Source: Felis catus (lineage: Eukaryota). Taken from it: 64,000 nt of DNA. Shown here in pieces: positions 1 through 12,489 of this stretch. The notes under the pieces are model-generated. The model searched no databases and was not told the DNA's origin. It saw only the letters and a list, made by a program, of their open reading frames with translations. Made by a program: the position numbers and the translations under genes. Location: assembly GCF_018350175.1 (NCBI RefSeq), contig NC_058383.1:26972001-27036000 (forward strand). The letters are read 5' to 3'. The stretch's first letter is position 1. Every line of letters begins with the position of its first letter.

Positions 1-461
1 TGAATACAGAGGAATGTAAGAAGTGGCTACTAATGAAAATCTTGTTCCCTCACCACATCACACCATTCCTGTTGCCCATTCCAGCTGGCCGTAATCTCCT
101 GAAGGGTATTTGTTATCAACGTCTTAGCAGCTTAATTTCATTGGACCATTTGTATCATTGTTTGTTGTGGTCCTGTATGTGAAGGGGATATTCTCTTAAT
201 TGAGTTGATTCACGTTCCAGCCCCAGGCCTACCTTTTAGTCAATGTGTCACTTTATAGGAGTCCTGTTACCTCTGTGGGCTTCATACTCTGCTGTGAGAG
301 TTAAATGAAACAACGTGTTATAAAACACTCTCTTACTCATAATGTAGTTTATAATTTAGGAAAATCACCCTTAATTCTTCATGCAGTGTCATATTAACAA
401 GCTCTTTCTGAGAATGGCACTAACTCAGAGAAGGTGGGAAGATCCCAGAAATGTAGGCTAT

Positions 462-888
462 GTGTATTAATCAGTTACTGTCGCGTCAATGCTGCATGAC
501 AAACAACTTCAGAATCTCATTGCTTTGCAACAGTGTTAACTAATTATATATTCTGCTGTCCTATACATTTACTTACTCATTGTTGTGCTTGTTGGTCTGT
601 GGGTTGGCTAGGATATAGCCATGCTTCAGGATGCAAACTGAGCTTAGGTTTACTCTTTGTATACTACCTTGTACATACTCTGTCATGGATGGTGACAGCA
701 GTGTAAGGAAGGGTGATCACAAACACGGTTAAGGATGCTCTAAACTCCTACCCAGTCACATTTGCCCACATTACGTTGACCAAAACTAGCACATTACTGG
801 GCCCAACTTCATTGGGGCTGGAAACACTGACGGTGATCCATGGCAGAAAAGAAGGGAGACTGGTGGAAAAATAATACCACCTACCACA
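462..888 (-). mobile_element. Old MaLR LTR (MLT1 family), solo LTR
   Basis: Begins tgtgtattaatcagttac..gctgcatgacaaacaac..aatctcattgctttgcaacag and ends ctaccaca, matching recalled reverse-strand MLT1 termini. Confidence 0.6.
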
Positions 889-1629
889 CTATTTTTCTAA
901 GCAAAAAGCAAGTGGAGACTTTGAGGTCATTCTGTAAACAAAAGGCATCTAAGAAACACCCGGTTTTCTCTCTTTTATATTCAGACCTCAGATAAGTAAA
1001 CTTGACTTTCTATAATCCAAATCAGGATTGAGTTCTTTCTTTTCCTTGTATTTGATGAAACCAGAAATTCTGGTTCCATCAACAACTCATTTTTTTCTTT
1101 TAGAAAGTCATTATTCAAGGTCTCCCAACAACTCTTTTTGGCTGCCTGAAATGTCTGTTGTATCAGTCCATCTTTAAATGTCAGTGACCAGTCAAGATAG
1201 TAAGAGTTACGTGTTTACTTGCCTATTCAAATCAAGTGATGCTATGGGGTGCGTGAGACCAGGAGTCAGGAAGAAATCCAGGCTTCCAGTCCCAGCCCTG
1301 CCACTGAATTTGGAGAAGTCAGTGATGTTCTCTGGGGATAATCTATGGGAGAAGAAGCTGGGGAAGCTCCAGGGCAAATCATTTAATGATGCTAACTATT
1401 CTCCGTAATCGCTCAGTGCAGAAGTCATTGTCTAAGTAAGCATTCCTTCCCAACCGCAGTCTAGCCATTTTGCCTAAAAGTTGGCAGATGTGACTTGCCC
1501 CAGGGTGTGAACATCTCAAGGAAGATGTTTTAAATGTAGTGTTTAAAAAATCTATAACAATTATGCAGGGTTTTTTAAAGTTCATATAACAATTCCACTG
1601 CTTTTTGCTCATTAAATATTTGTTTTTCT

Positions 1630-2080
1630 CATTGTTGATCCAGTAATTTCACTTCTAAGGAAACAATCAGAAATGAGGAAAGAGGTTTATGTACAAAAAT
1701 GTTCATTGTGGCACTTCAGAAAAATTAAAGTGAAAAATTGGACAGAACCTAAATGCCCCATAATAAGGGACTGATTGGGTAAATTATTATAAATCTACCT
1801 AATGGACTATAATGCAGATGTTAAAATAATGTTTTAAGCAATTTTAATGACTTGAGAACATTCCCCAGATATAATATTAGATGAAATAATGTAAAATAAG
1901 AGAACCATAATATTGTGTACAAACATCAGTTCTTTAAATTGCTCATAATGAGATTATGAGGAAATCCAGAAAAACATGAATAGTGGTTATCTGAGGATTG
2001 TGAGATGGTGAGCACTTTGCATTCCCTTCTTTATATTTTTCTAGATTTTCTGGTTTTAACAACAAACTTTTTTTGTTCAA
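1630..2080 (+). mobile_element. Ancient L1 (L1M/L1ME) 3' fragment
   Basis: ttgatccagtaatttcacttcta..atgttcattgtggcac..aaaattggacagaacctaaatgccc, typical old L1 3'-end motifs. Confidence 0.6.
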
Positions 2081-4475
2081 TATATTAACATAATACATGT
2101 ACATAGTTAAATATAAAAAAAATGTTGAAAAGCCTATAGTGAAATAGATCAAGTCTGGTTCCCTGGAAATAACTTGTTTTTCTTTTCCAGCTATTTCTTT
2201 GGGCATATCCTTCCATATGCTTATGTAATATGCTTATACATCTATTACTAGAATCCTGAATTTCATACATTTCGTTTGGCTTCTGGTTGTGATGGTTGAG
2301 GGCTTAGCTCTCTTGAATCAACTTCCCCACTTTATCTGCTCACCCATCAATGTCTCAGTTGACTATGTTTCAGTTTAATGATATCAAAACACTTGGTTAA
2401 ATCAGTAATAGTACTGACATTACTTTGACTATCTAAATTATTCCACATGGCCAAATTATGTTTAGTTTCCTCTCTATGTATTTCTTTTCTTCTGAATCCC
2501 CCAACTACTCTGTCAATACTGGTCGATAATTTTCCAGATGTACGGACACATCCCCAAACATACTATAGGTTCTATTCTTTTTCTTTGACGGCCTCTCTCT
2601 GACCACTCTTACTGGATGGTTTACTTTTGAAGTCTGTAGCTCAGTATTGTTCTGAGACTTACTGTCACTGGTCTGCCATGTTGGATTCCTGAGATCGTGC
2701 TTCTTTCTTCATTTATTCCTTTTTTTTTTGGTGGAAAACATCCATTCAAGAAAGAGTGCATGAGAGAGAAATATTTTGCATCTTCCCATGTCTAAAAGTG
2801 TCTTTCTTGTAGACTCCCATTTGATCGATGGTTTAGCTGGGTATCGAATTTTTAGCCATTTCAAGAACTTTCCTAGCAATCACTGTTGCTCTTCCGAAGG
2901 ATAAGCTTGTGGGTCCTGATCCTTCAGGGCACAGGCTGAATGGGACAGAGATGAATAGAAAGAGCCTGGACCAACAGTCTAGCTGGAAGGAAGAAAATGA
3001 ATAGATTTTCAGAAGAAACCTAAACAGTCAGTGAACCACAGAGGTCAAATTCCAGTTAATTGTTAAGGATGAAATAGTCAAGCAAGGACCACTGTGAAGT
3101 AGGCAAGAAATGGAGCCTGGAGAGTTTGCTCAGGTATGCCTTGCATTCTTGCAGCTTGGGTTCAGAGTTCAGGGTGTCAGAAAAGCAGAAAGCTCCAGTA
3201 AGCAGGACAGCCAAGGTGAGCTCTGATCCGAGGAAGGGTTCTGGACTCATATATGTGCTTCTTGCCAGACACGGGTTTATCCTGTGCTCGCTGTTTCCAG
3301 AGGGATGTCAGAAGCCTTTGGTGAAACTACTTTTGATGGAGACAGAAAGGCAGAACTCCTGGGACCCAAGCAGAGGCTCAGAAGTTGCCTTGCTTAAGGT
3401 ATTACAAAAGCACTCTACATTCACCCTCTTTCCAGCAACCTCTCCTTGAATGCCAGGTGGAAGGAAAAACAAAACAAAGGGGAAAAAGTAACCCTGGCTT
3501 TAGATACAAGGTTTCCTGCAGCCTCCAGATCCACTCACGCTCTGCCACCCGTGTCTGTAAGGAATAAAGTCAGCTCCACAGGGTTGCTGGTGACCGTGGG
3601 TTATACACAAGCAGAAATCACCATTGTGATCTCCTTTCAACAGTGGTGCCCCCAGAACCTGTCCGGCTGGCCTTATTCTCCCAGACACATTTGGGAGAGA
3701 CGGATTTATAAATAGGTGTGGGTCTGAGGTCACATATGGTTTTCATACTGAAAGTGATTTTGGTGGAAAGGAAACAACTCAGAACCTCTCGATGTTCTTT
3801 ATTGTCGTCAAACAGCCTGAACCAGACATGCAGGTGGTAACGAGCCCCCCTTTTAAAACACTGACCTTCTTTCAAATTAGTTTCCCTGGAAATTTGAACA
3901 AAGAATCAATGGGAAAAGAAAATGATTTGAGATCACAGCTGAACGGCGGGCAGTTTTTCAAAGTGTTTTATCGTCTTGCAAGAGTGGATACGCTTGACTA
4001 GAGTTAGCGGCTGTCTGCCAGGGAGGATTTCAAGCTCAAGAACTCAGCGCTTCTGTCTTTCTAGGGTTTGATCTGCTCTAACACATGTATTTTTGCCAAG
4101 GTCACTGCCACCCTTTAGAACTTGATGAGAGGATACAGTGCTTAAGGCAGACTTGCAAATAAGTTACTAGCCTCCGGAAGAGTTTTTTTTTGGTAACCAG
4201 CCCCAGCTTCTTTTAAAGATAAACCCAGGTGCCAGTCTACAACGAAGCAGCATTTCTTCGTGTCCTTAGCGTGATGCTCAGTTGTAATGAGGGACTTTAG
4301 GAGCACACAGTGTAGTTCTGTTGAGTCCTTGTTAGGTGCTAAATTAGTGAGAAGGTTGTCTGGGATTTCTAAAATGGCGTCAAATGCTTGAAACTTATGA
4401 GTGACTATTACTATTCCTCTTACACTCTTCCATCTCTTCCTGCTGCTGCAGTTACTATGACCACTACTACTCCTG

Positions 4476-4656
4476 TTTTAATGTTTCTTTAAAATTTATT
4501 TTGAGAGAGAAAGGAGAGAGAGAGAGAATCCCAAGCAGGCTCCACCCTGTCAGCCCAGAGCCTGATGCAGGGCTTGATCTTAGGAACCGTGAGATCGTGG
4601 CGTGAGCCAGAACCAAGAGTCAGACGTTTAACCGACTGAGCCACCCAGGTGTCCCC
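4476..4656 (-). mobile_element. Can-SINE (older subfamily)
   Basis: T-rich tail, (GA)n, then reverse tRNA-derived head ending ccgactgagccacccaggtgtcccc. Confidence 0.92.
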
Positions 4657-4787
4657 ACTACTATGGCTACTGTTAATAATGTTTATAACTATCAATACTG
4701 GTACCACTACGTTGTTACCACACTGCTGCTGTTATTGCCTCTACTACTGCTACCCCTAGCAGCTGCCTTTAAAAAAAAAAGGCAGAT

Positions 4788-4998
4788 GGGGCGCCTGGGT
4801 GGCGTAGTCGGTTAAGTGTCCGACTTCAGCCAGGTCACGATCTCACAGTCCGTGAGTTTGAGCCCCGCGTCAGGCTCTGGGCTGATGGCTCAGAGCCTGG
4901 AGCCTGTTTCCGATTCTGTGTCTCCCTCTCTCTCTGCCCCTCCCCTGTTCATGCTCTGTCTCTCTCTGTCCCAAAAATAAACGTTGAAAAAAAAAAAA
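4788..4998 (+). mobile_element. Young feline Can-SINE (SINEC_Fc-like)
   Basis: ggggcgcctgggtggcg head, CT-rich region, A tail; TSD AAAAAAAAAAGGCAGA at 4771-4786 and 4989-5004. Confidence 0.95.
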
Positions 4999-5009
4999 GG
5001 CAGAGAGCC

Positions 5010-5192
5010 TTGAGAGATAGAGAACACGAGTAGGGGAAGAGCAGAGAGAAAGAGGGAGATACAGAATCCGAAACAGGCTCCAGGCTCCCAGCTGTCAGCA
5101 CAGAGCCCGACGCGGGGCTGGAACCCATGACCTGTGAGATCATGATCTGAGCTGAAGTCGGATGCTTCACCGACTGAGCCCCTCAGGCGCTC
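5010..5192 (-). mobile_element. Can-SINE
   Basis: Reverse SINE body and head ending ccgactgagcccctcaggcgctc. Confidence 0.92.
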
Positions 5193-5199
5193 TGCCTTT

Positions 5200-5400
5200 T
5201 GATTTTAGCATCTTCTGTGTGCACGCCACTTGATGTATATGAGGTAACTTAATACTCACAAAGCCTACCAACGTGGGGCACATTGACTCCATGTCGTATA
5301 GGAAGATGTTGAGGCTCAAAGAGATCAAGGTAAATTGTCCAAGATCACCCAGAGTGAATGGCAGAATTGGGGTTTGAAGCTCGATCTCTTTGACTCTTTC
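5200..5400 (-). mobile_element. MIR
   Basis: tgaggctcaaagag..ttgtccaagatcacccag..ggcagaattggggtttgaa core. Confidence 0.7.
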
Positions 5401-6499
5401 ATTAACCAGGAAGCCCTGCTGAAACAAACAAACACCACAGTGGTGGCAGAAGATTGATCTGCCTGATGACTGAAACTCCCCCCTGAGAAGATGTGAATAG
5501 TACGAAATCCCACAAGGAGAGTCTTGTCGTAGGGACGCGGGTTCGGGGAAATCCTTCTCTTCAAAGCTGCCCAGCTGGGTCTCTCTCCCTCTTTCTTTCT
5601 CCCTGTCTCACACTCATACAGAGGATATCTTTGATGGAGCACACAATTTCACTTAGCTGACCTATTTTATTTTAAAAGGGAAATGAGCTAATGCCCTAGA
5701 TTTCCAAGAAGACTGACACGTCTCCGTTTATCTCTGTGCTCACTATTCTTCCAAACCCCAAACTCAAGTTGACAGTTTTTCTTCTTAATAGGCTTGGGTG
5801 AAAGAAACCTGGGGCCTTCCCTGTGCCTTCCCCTTCCTCCTACCCCTTTCTCCTTCCCCTTCCCCATCTTGGGCTCAACATTCACACACATTTCCTGCCA
5901 AACGGAGCCCATAGAAGGGAAGGCTGTTAACTGTTCCATTTGATAAACACCCCAATTGAGTGTCTGATCATAATGGCCAGTACTCACTGTGCTGTCACTG
6001 TGACTCCTTCCCACACCTAATGTCAGCTCATCCTTCCCACACTTCTAGGAGATGGTACCTTTATCACCCACCTACAGAGGGCACACAGTGAAAGCACCAG
6101 CTAAGTCACTTGCCCCAGCTCACAGCTTTAAGTAGCAGAATTAAGACTGCCCTATGTTGTGCAAAATAATAATTATCATTTGGCATGAATAGTTTTGTGG
6201 ATGTATGGGAGAGAACATGCAGTTAACTAGGACCCACACCCTTACTTCATAGTTGCTTAAAACCCAATGATGGTGAAAGATAGGCTGTAAGTAAAAGAAA
6301 CTTGACCAGAGGAGAAGGGTGGGCGGGGAGGTGGGGTTATGAGTAGGAAGATGGGCTGTGTCTGGGCTGAATCCGAGTCTAGGCCTCGACTTGTGTAGTG
6401 TGCATCACGGTGTTGAGAGGCCCCTGGGCTGAGTCTGGTCTGGGGGCGGCAACAGTCAAGAGGGTCCACTGACCACATAAATGCTGCTGCTGCCGATAG

Positions 6500-6720
6500 T
6501 TTTATGTTTATTTATTTGTTTTTTAGTGTTGATCTTTTTTGAGGGAGAAGGAGAGAGAGTGCAAGCAGGGGAAGGACAGAGAGAGGGAAGGAGAGAGAAT
6601 CCCAAGCAGGCTCCATGCTCCGTGCAGAGCCCAGCACAGGGCTTGATCTCAAAAACCACGAGATCACAACCTGAGCTGAAGCCCAGAGTCAGAGGCTTAA
6701 CTGACCAAGCCTCTGCCCCC
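6500..6720 (-). mobile_element. Can-SINE (older)
   Basis: T-rich tail, gagagaatcccaagcaggctcc body, degenerate head. Confidence 0.88.
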
Positions 6721-6726
6721 CCCCCC

Positions 6727-6854
6727 TTTTTTTTAAGTAGGCTCCATGCTCAGCATGGAGCCCAGTGTAGGGCTTGAACTCACAACCCTGAGATCAAGAC
6801 CTGAGCTGAGATCAAGAGTCAGGTGCGTAACCGACTGAGCCACCCAGGCGCCCC
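6727..6854 (-). mobile_element. Short Can-SINE lacking the CT-rich region
   Basis: ttttttttaagtaggctcc..ccgactgagccacccaggcgcccc. Confidence 0.85.
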
Positions 6855-6882
6855 AGGAGGTCCTTTCTTATGTGTACATTTT

Positions 6883-7091
6883 TTTTTTCAACGTTTATTT
6901 ATTTTTGGGACAGAGAGAGACAGAGCATGAACGGGGGAGGGGCAGAGAGAGAGGGAGACACAGAATTGGAAACAGGCTCCAGGCTCTGAGCCATCAGCCC
7001 AGAGCCTGACGCGGGGCTCGAACTCAGGGACTGCGAGATCGTGACCTGGCTGAAGTCGGACGCTTAACCGACTGCGCCACCCAGGCGCCCC
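6883..7091 (-). mobile_element. Young feline Can-SINE (SINEC_Fc-like)
   Basis: Full length; TSD tcttatgtgtac(a/g)tttt at 6866-6882 and 7092-7108. Confidence 0.95.
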
Positions 7092-7264
7092 TCTTATGTG
7101 TACGTTTTAATGGCACTCTTCTGTAGTTTTCTGTATTCCTTTCATCTCCTCTACTGGTCCATGGGTTTCTTGAGACTAGACTGTGTGTATGTGACTTACG
7201 TAAGTGTGTCCAGTGTTTATCGAACTACTGGATAGTAAGTGATTAGATAAATAAAAATCTGGGG

Positions 7265-7560
7265 GATGCCTCTTGTGTTCAGATGCTGTGTTAGATTCTG
7301 GGACTACGTTGACAAGATTCCTAACCGAAGAAACGTACAGTCTAGTGGGCGAGGCGGACATAAGTGAAAGAATCACACAAATAAATCTAAACCAACAATG
7401 GAGGTACAGAAGCTTTTAGGAGCATGTAAGAGGAGCATGTAAGAGCATGTAAGGGAGCTGATCTCCCTTGAAAGGTCAGTGAAGGTTCAGGATGGAGTGA
7501 TGTTATAATGCTGAGGTCTGCAGGGAGAGTGGCCCTAATCAGGTGAACATTGCAAGGAGA
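7265..7560 (-). mobile_element. L2 fragment
   Basis: gatgctgtgttagattctggga..acagtctagtggg..ggtcagtgaaggtt, reverse L2 3' motifs. Confidence 0.55.
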
Positions 7561-8535
7561 GGGGCACTTAGTACAACCTGTTGGGGGGAGTGAAAAATAA
7601 AAGATCACTGTTTCCAGAGCAGAGTTATTAGGGCCAGAGGGAGGCGGGGGAGGCTGACAGGTTGGTAGGGCATTGAATTTGTGGTCTTTCTAGCAGAGAG
7701 TTGGTCTTTATCTCATGATCATGTGCTAGACACAACCTGAGGGGCTCTCTGGGTAAACGTCCATAGATTCCTGAGCGAGGAGAGAATGGTCCTCCATGTA
7801 GGCAGACTGGCACTTGTCGCCCTTACAGTGTGTGCGCTGGGGAAGAGGGCGGATTCCTTTTTGCACAAGTCAGGGGTCTCTCTGTGATGCTGAGGAAGAT
7901 ACGGTAAGAAGAGAAAGCTCAACAATGATGGTCTTTAAATTTTTTTTTTTTTTTAGCCTGCTTTGAGGGAGGTAAAGGAAATGCTGTCTAGAACTCGATT
8001 ATCTTTTAATTTCCATAAACAAATGGAAAGGAACTTAATTGGGCCAGGACATCTTTGCTGTGGTGCCCAATTTTAGGATAACACAGACTTTCTTGGCCAA
8101 CTGGGTGCCTGCCCATGAGCACAGGGTGTTCTGTCTGGCAGAGAAGGGAACTCACATATGGAGCCTTGTCTTGGGCCAAGCTCTGTAGCAAACTCTTCAA
8201 ACTTCCCATCTGGATATCATAGGAAGAACTCTGAATCTCAATTCCAATCTAATACTGTGGGGGAGAATGGGGCAAGAGGAGGCTGAGGAAAGAAGGGTAG
8301 AATCAAGAATGACTTCTTTGATGAGTGCTGGTGATTTAGGTGAATGTTAATGTCACAAACGCAGGAGAGGACATTTTGGGGGAGAAGCTGACTCCAGTTT
8401 TGGGTTGTTTGGTTTGAGAATCTGAAGGACATGTGGTTAAACACCTAGCAAGTAGCAGGAGATACGGCCTTAGCTTAAGAATGGTGAAGACTCAGAATAC
8501 CGAGGCATCACATCACCTTCTGGGCAGCCTTCTTC

Positions 8536-8903
8536 CTCTTCTTCTTCTTTCTTTCTTCTTCTTCATATATATGTTTATTTTATTTTATCTTTTAAAATTT
8601 ATATCCAAGTTAGCATATAGTGCAACAGTGATTTCAGGAGTAGATTCCTTAGTGCCCCTTACCCATTTAGCCCATCCCCCCTCCCACAACCCCTCCAGTA
8701 GCCCTGTTTGTTCTTCGCATTTAAGAGTCTCTTATGTTTTGTCTCCCTCTATGTTTTTATATTATTTTTGCTTCCTTTCCCTTGTGTTCATCTGTTCTGT
8801 GTCTTTGAGTCTTCATATAAGTAAAGTCATATGATATTTGTCTTTCTCTGACTAATTTCGCTTAGCATACCTTCCAGTTCCATCCACGTAGTTGCCAATG
8901 ACA
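8536..8903 (-). mobile_element. 5'-truncated feline L1 (3' UTR only)
   Basis: Closely similar to the L1 3' end at 11004-11345; perfect TSD TGGGCAGCCTTCTTC at 8521-8535 and 8904-8918. Confidence 0.92.
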
Positions 8904-9139
8904 TGGGCAGCCTTCTTCTTTTGGAAACTGTGCCCTTTCCCCCTCTCCTCCAGCCTCTCCCAACTCCACCTGTCCAATGGCTTCAAGTCACATTTTTAAG
9001 CATTGTTTCCCTATCATCCTAAAGAAAAAGTAATCAAGCAGACCAGACAAAGGTAATCTTAGTTGTACCCACACAACCTCTTCTGCCTTTCCAGGCTGTG
9101 TCATCAAGCAAAGCATTGAATGATTTTTTTTCCCCCTGA

Positions 9140-9159
9140 AAGAGTTCTGGTCACCAATC

Positions 9160-9225
<66 letters not shown>

Positions 9226-9995
9226 TTGATCCACACCAACAAAGAATTTGCAACAGAGAATTCGCAGACACCAGCTGGATGTCCTACAATTCAGCTTAAT
9301 TCTGACACTGTCGATATCAGATCCCACAGGGTAAGGGCTCAGTCCTACAAGACTGTCCTCCTCCGCCCCTTCTGCCCACTTCGGACGCCGGTTGCAAACC
9401 CAGGTTGTTACCTGTACTTCTAACCAACTGGCTATAAGTCAGAGGTTCCATTGACCGTCTTCTGGGGTTTGTTAAATTTGCTAGAGCAGCGCACAGAACT
9501 CAGAGAAACATTTTGCTTAGTAGATCATAAGTTCATTGGAAAAGAATATGGCCAAATGGAAGAGATACATAGGGCAAGGTGTGGGGAAAGGGTGCAGAGC
9601 TTCCAAGTGCTCTCTGGGCACAAGTGCACATGTTCACCAACCCAGCTCTCCACACCTGTCCTTTTGAGGTTTTATGGAGGCTTCTTTACACAGGCATGAT
9701 TGATTAACTCTTTGATCTTTGGTGATTGAACTCAATCTTGAGCCCCTCTCCCTTTCCTGGATTGGGTTGGGGGGGCGTGAGAAGTGGGGACTGACAGTTT
9801 CAAACCTCTGATCACAGGGCTGGTCTACTGGCACCCAGCCCCCATCCTTAGACACACCCAACAACTACCTCGTTAACATAACAAAAGACACCCCATCACT
9901 CTTAACACTAAAAATTATAAAGGTATTAGGAGCTCTATGCCAGAAATGGGGACAAAGACCATATATATATTTCTTATTATAAATCACAATATCAC
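9140..9995 (-). mobile_element. MER21-like solo LTR
   Basis: Ends atttcttattataaatcacaatatcaca (reverse of TGTGATATTGTGA..AATAAGAAATATAT); internally similar to the copy at 35207-36377. Confidence 0.75.
9163..9224. repeat. Compound microsatellite (TG)19(AG)12
   Basis: Directly visible. Confidence 0.98.
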
Positions 9996-10207
9996 ACTCC
10001 ATGTATCATCATCCATTTCAATTTTCATAACTTCTTAAAAGTTTCTAATTGTTCACGGTTCATGAGACCTCCAAATGTTTCATTTCCTCATTCATTTAGT
10101 ACTGTGTGCCAGTCACTGATAAACAGGGCACAGTCTCAACTGCCTTAGATCTTAGAGTTGAGTGGGAGAGAGGAACAGACATTAAACTCATAATAACCAA
10201 ATAACCA

Positions 10208-10445
10208 TTTTTTTTACTTAATTTTTTTTTAAAGTTTATATATTTGAGAGACAGAGAGAGAAGGGGAGGATAGGAGGGAGGGAGGGGGAGGAGCAGAGAG
10301 AGAGGGAGACAAAGAACCTGAAGCAGGCTCCAGGCTCTGAGTTGTCAACACAGAGACTGACGCAGGGCTCAAAATCACAAACCATGAGATTCTGACCTGA
10401 GCTGAAGTCAGACACCTAACCGACTGAGTCCCCCAGGTGCCCCCC
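10208..10445 (-). mobile_element. Can-SINE inserted in an L2-like remnant
   Basis: Full reverse SINE; TSD-like caaa(t/a)aaccattt on both sides. Confidence 0.92.
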
Positions 10446-10689
10446 AAAAAACCATTTAAAATTGGATTTGTCATAAATAGTGTAAGAAAGAGAGCACTGT
10501 GGGATGTAGTCTAGTCTGGTGTTGGTGCCTGGATGGAGGGTGGTGCCATTTTCTGAGATGAATCCCAAAAGGAGATTCAAGTTTGGGTGTGGCTTTCAGG
10601 GGTTAAATAAGACTCAAATGCATATGGAGCTCACTGTCTACTAAGCGCCATTCTTGGACAGGTTACAATCATTCAGCAACCCAGGAGTG

Positions 10690-10830
10690 GAGCGAACATC
10701 ATGATGCTCACTTTCCAAATGGAGGCCTAAGGTACAGGAGTTAAGTGGCTTCCCAAGATCACACAGTTAGTAAGTGGCAGAGATGGGATTTCAAATCTAG
10801 ACTGTCTGGTCCCAGAATCCACATGTTGCA
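10690..10830 (-). mobile_element. MIR
   Basis: gttaagtggcttcccaagatcacacagttagtaagtggcagagatgggatttcaa core. Confidence 0.8.
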
Positions 10831-11003
10831 GACTCTGTCATGAGGCCTGATTTAGATGCATTCAGCTGAAGATTATGGTGGGGCATCTAAGTGACAATTT
10901 GATCAAATGATAATTTCTTATCGTTCTTAGGGTATTCAAGAGTGATTTGCTTTTAATGGATCCTCAGTAAATATTTGTGGAAAAAGAAACTGTGCCTCTT
11001 GAC

Positions 11004-12440
11004 TTTTTTTTTTATCTAATAATTTATTTTTTTATAATTTGTATCCAAGTTAGCACATGGTGCAACGATTTCAGGAGTAGATTCCTCAAACCCCTTACCC
11101 ATTTAGCCCATCACTCCTCCCACAATCCCTTCAGTAACACTCTTGTTTGTTCTCCATATTAAAGAGTCTCTTATGTTTTGTTCCCTCTCCCTGTTTTTAT
11201 ATTATTTTTTGTTTCCCATCCCTTATGTTCATCTGTTTTATCTCTTAAAGTCCTCATATGAGTGAAGTCATATGATATTTGTCTTTCTCTGACTGACTAA
11301 TTTCACTTAGCATAATACCCTCTAGTTCCATCCACATAGTTGCAAATGGCAAGATTTCATTCTTTTTGATTGCCGAGTAATACTCCATTGTATATATATA
11401 CCACATCTTTATCCACTTATCTATTAATGGACATTTGGGCTCTTTCCATACTTTGGCTATTATCAATAGCACTGCTATAAACATGGGGGTGCATGTGCCC
11501 CTTCAAAACAGCACACCTGTATCCCTTTGATAAATACCTAGTAGTGCTGGGTCATAGGGTAGTTCTATTTTTAATTTTTTGAGGAACCTCCATACTGTTT
11601 TCCAGAGTGGCTCCACCAGTTTGCATTCCCAGCCGCAGTGCAAAAGAGATCCTGTTTCTCCGCATCCTTGCCAACATCTGTTGTTGCCTGAGTTAATGTT
11701 AGCCATTCTGACAGGTGTAAGGTGGTATCTCATTGTTTTGATTTGTGTTTCCTGGATGATGAGTGATGTTGAGCATTTTTTCATGTGCCAGTTGGCCATC
11801 TGGATGTCTTCTTTGGACAAATGTCTATTCATGTCTTTTGCCCATTTCTTCACTGGATTATTTGTTTTTTGGGTGTTGATTTTGAAAAGTTCTCTATAGA
11901 TTTTGGATACTAACCCATTCTGTTGGTTGCCTTTTAGTTTTGCAGACTGTTTCCTTCACTGTGCAGAAGCTTTTTATTCTGATGAGGTCCCAATAGTTCA
12001 TTTTTGCGTGTTGAGTAAGAAGTTCCTGTGGCCAAGGTCAAAGAGGTTTTTGCCTGCTTTCTCCTCGAGGACTTTGATGGCTTCCTGTCTTACATTGAGG
12101 TCTTTCATCCATGTTGAGATTATTTTTGTGTATGGTGTAAGAAAGTGGTCCAGGTTCATTCTTCTGCATGTTGCTGCCCAGTTTTCCCAGCACCATTTGC
12201 TAAAGAGACTGTCTTTATTCCACTGGATATTCTTTTCCGCTTTGTCAAAGATTAGTCGGCCATACGTTTGTGGGTCCATTTCTGGGTTCTCTATTCTGTT
12301 CCATTGATCTGAATGTCTGTTTTTGTGCCAGTACCATACCGTCTTCATGATTACAGCTTTGTAATATATCTTGAAGTCCGAGATTGTGATCCCTCCTGCT
12401 TTTGGTTTTCTTTTTCAAGATTGCTTTGGCTCTTCGGGGT
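11004..12440 (-). mobile_element. 5'-truncated feline L1 (ORF2 C-terminus and 3' UTR), disrupted
   Basis: Peptides [62 protein letters not shown] are L1 ORF2p; TSD-like tgtg(c/t)ctcttga at 10991-11002 and 12441-12452. Confidence 0.96.
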
Positions 12441-12489
12441 TGTGTCTCTTGATCTTTGGGAAAAGTTTTACTCCCATGAAACTCGAAAG

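Noticed and set aside
6740..6762. Perfect 11-bp inverted repeat ggctccatgct-c-agcatggagcc
   Set aside because: Lies within a short Can-SINE, where a ggctcc..ggagcc stem appears to be a family feature; too short for a miRNA precursor
7420..7453. GAGCATGTAAG three times, each containing GCATG
   Set aside because: Short slippage repeat in an L2 remnant, far from any exon candidate
11254..12348. ORFs with real protein similarity ([25 protein letters not shown])
   Set aside because: Fragments of LINE-1 ORF2p in a truncated, frameshifted copy, not a host gene; the same holds for the ORFs at 44104-45417
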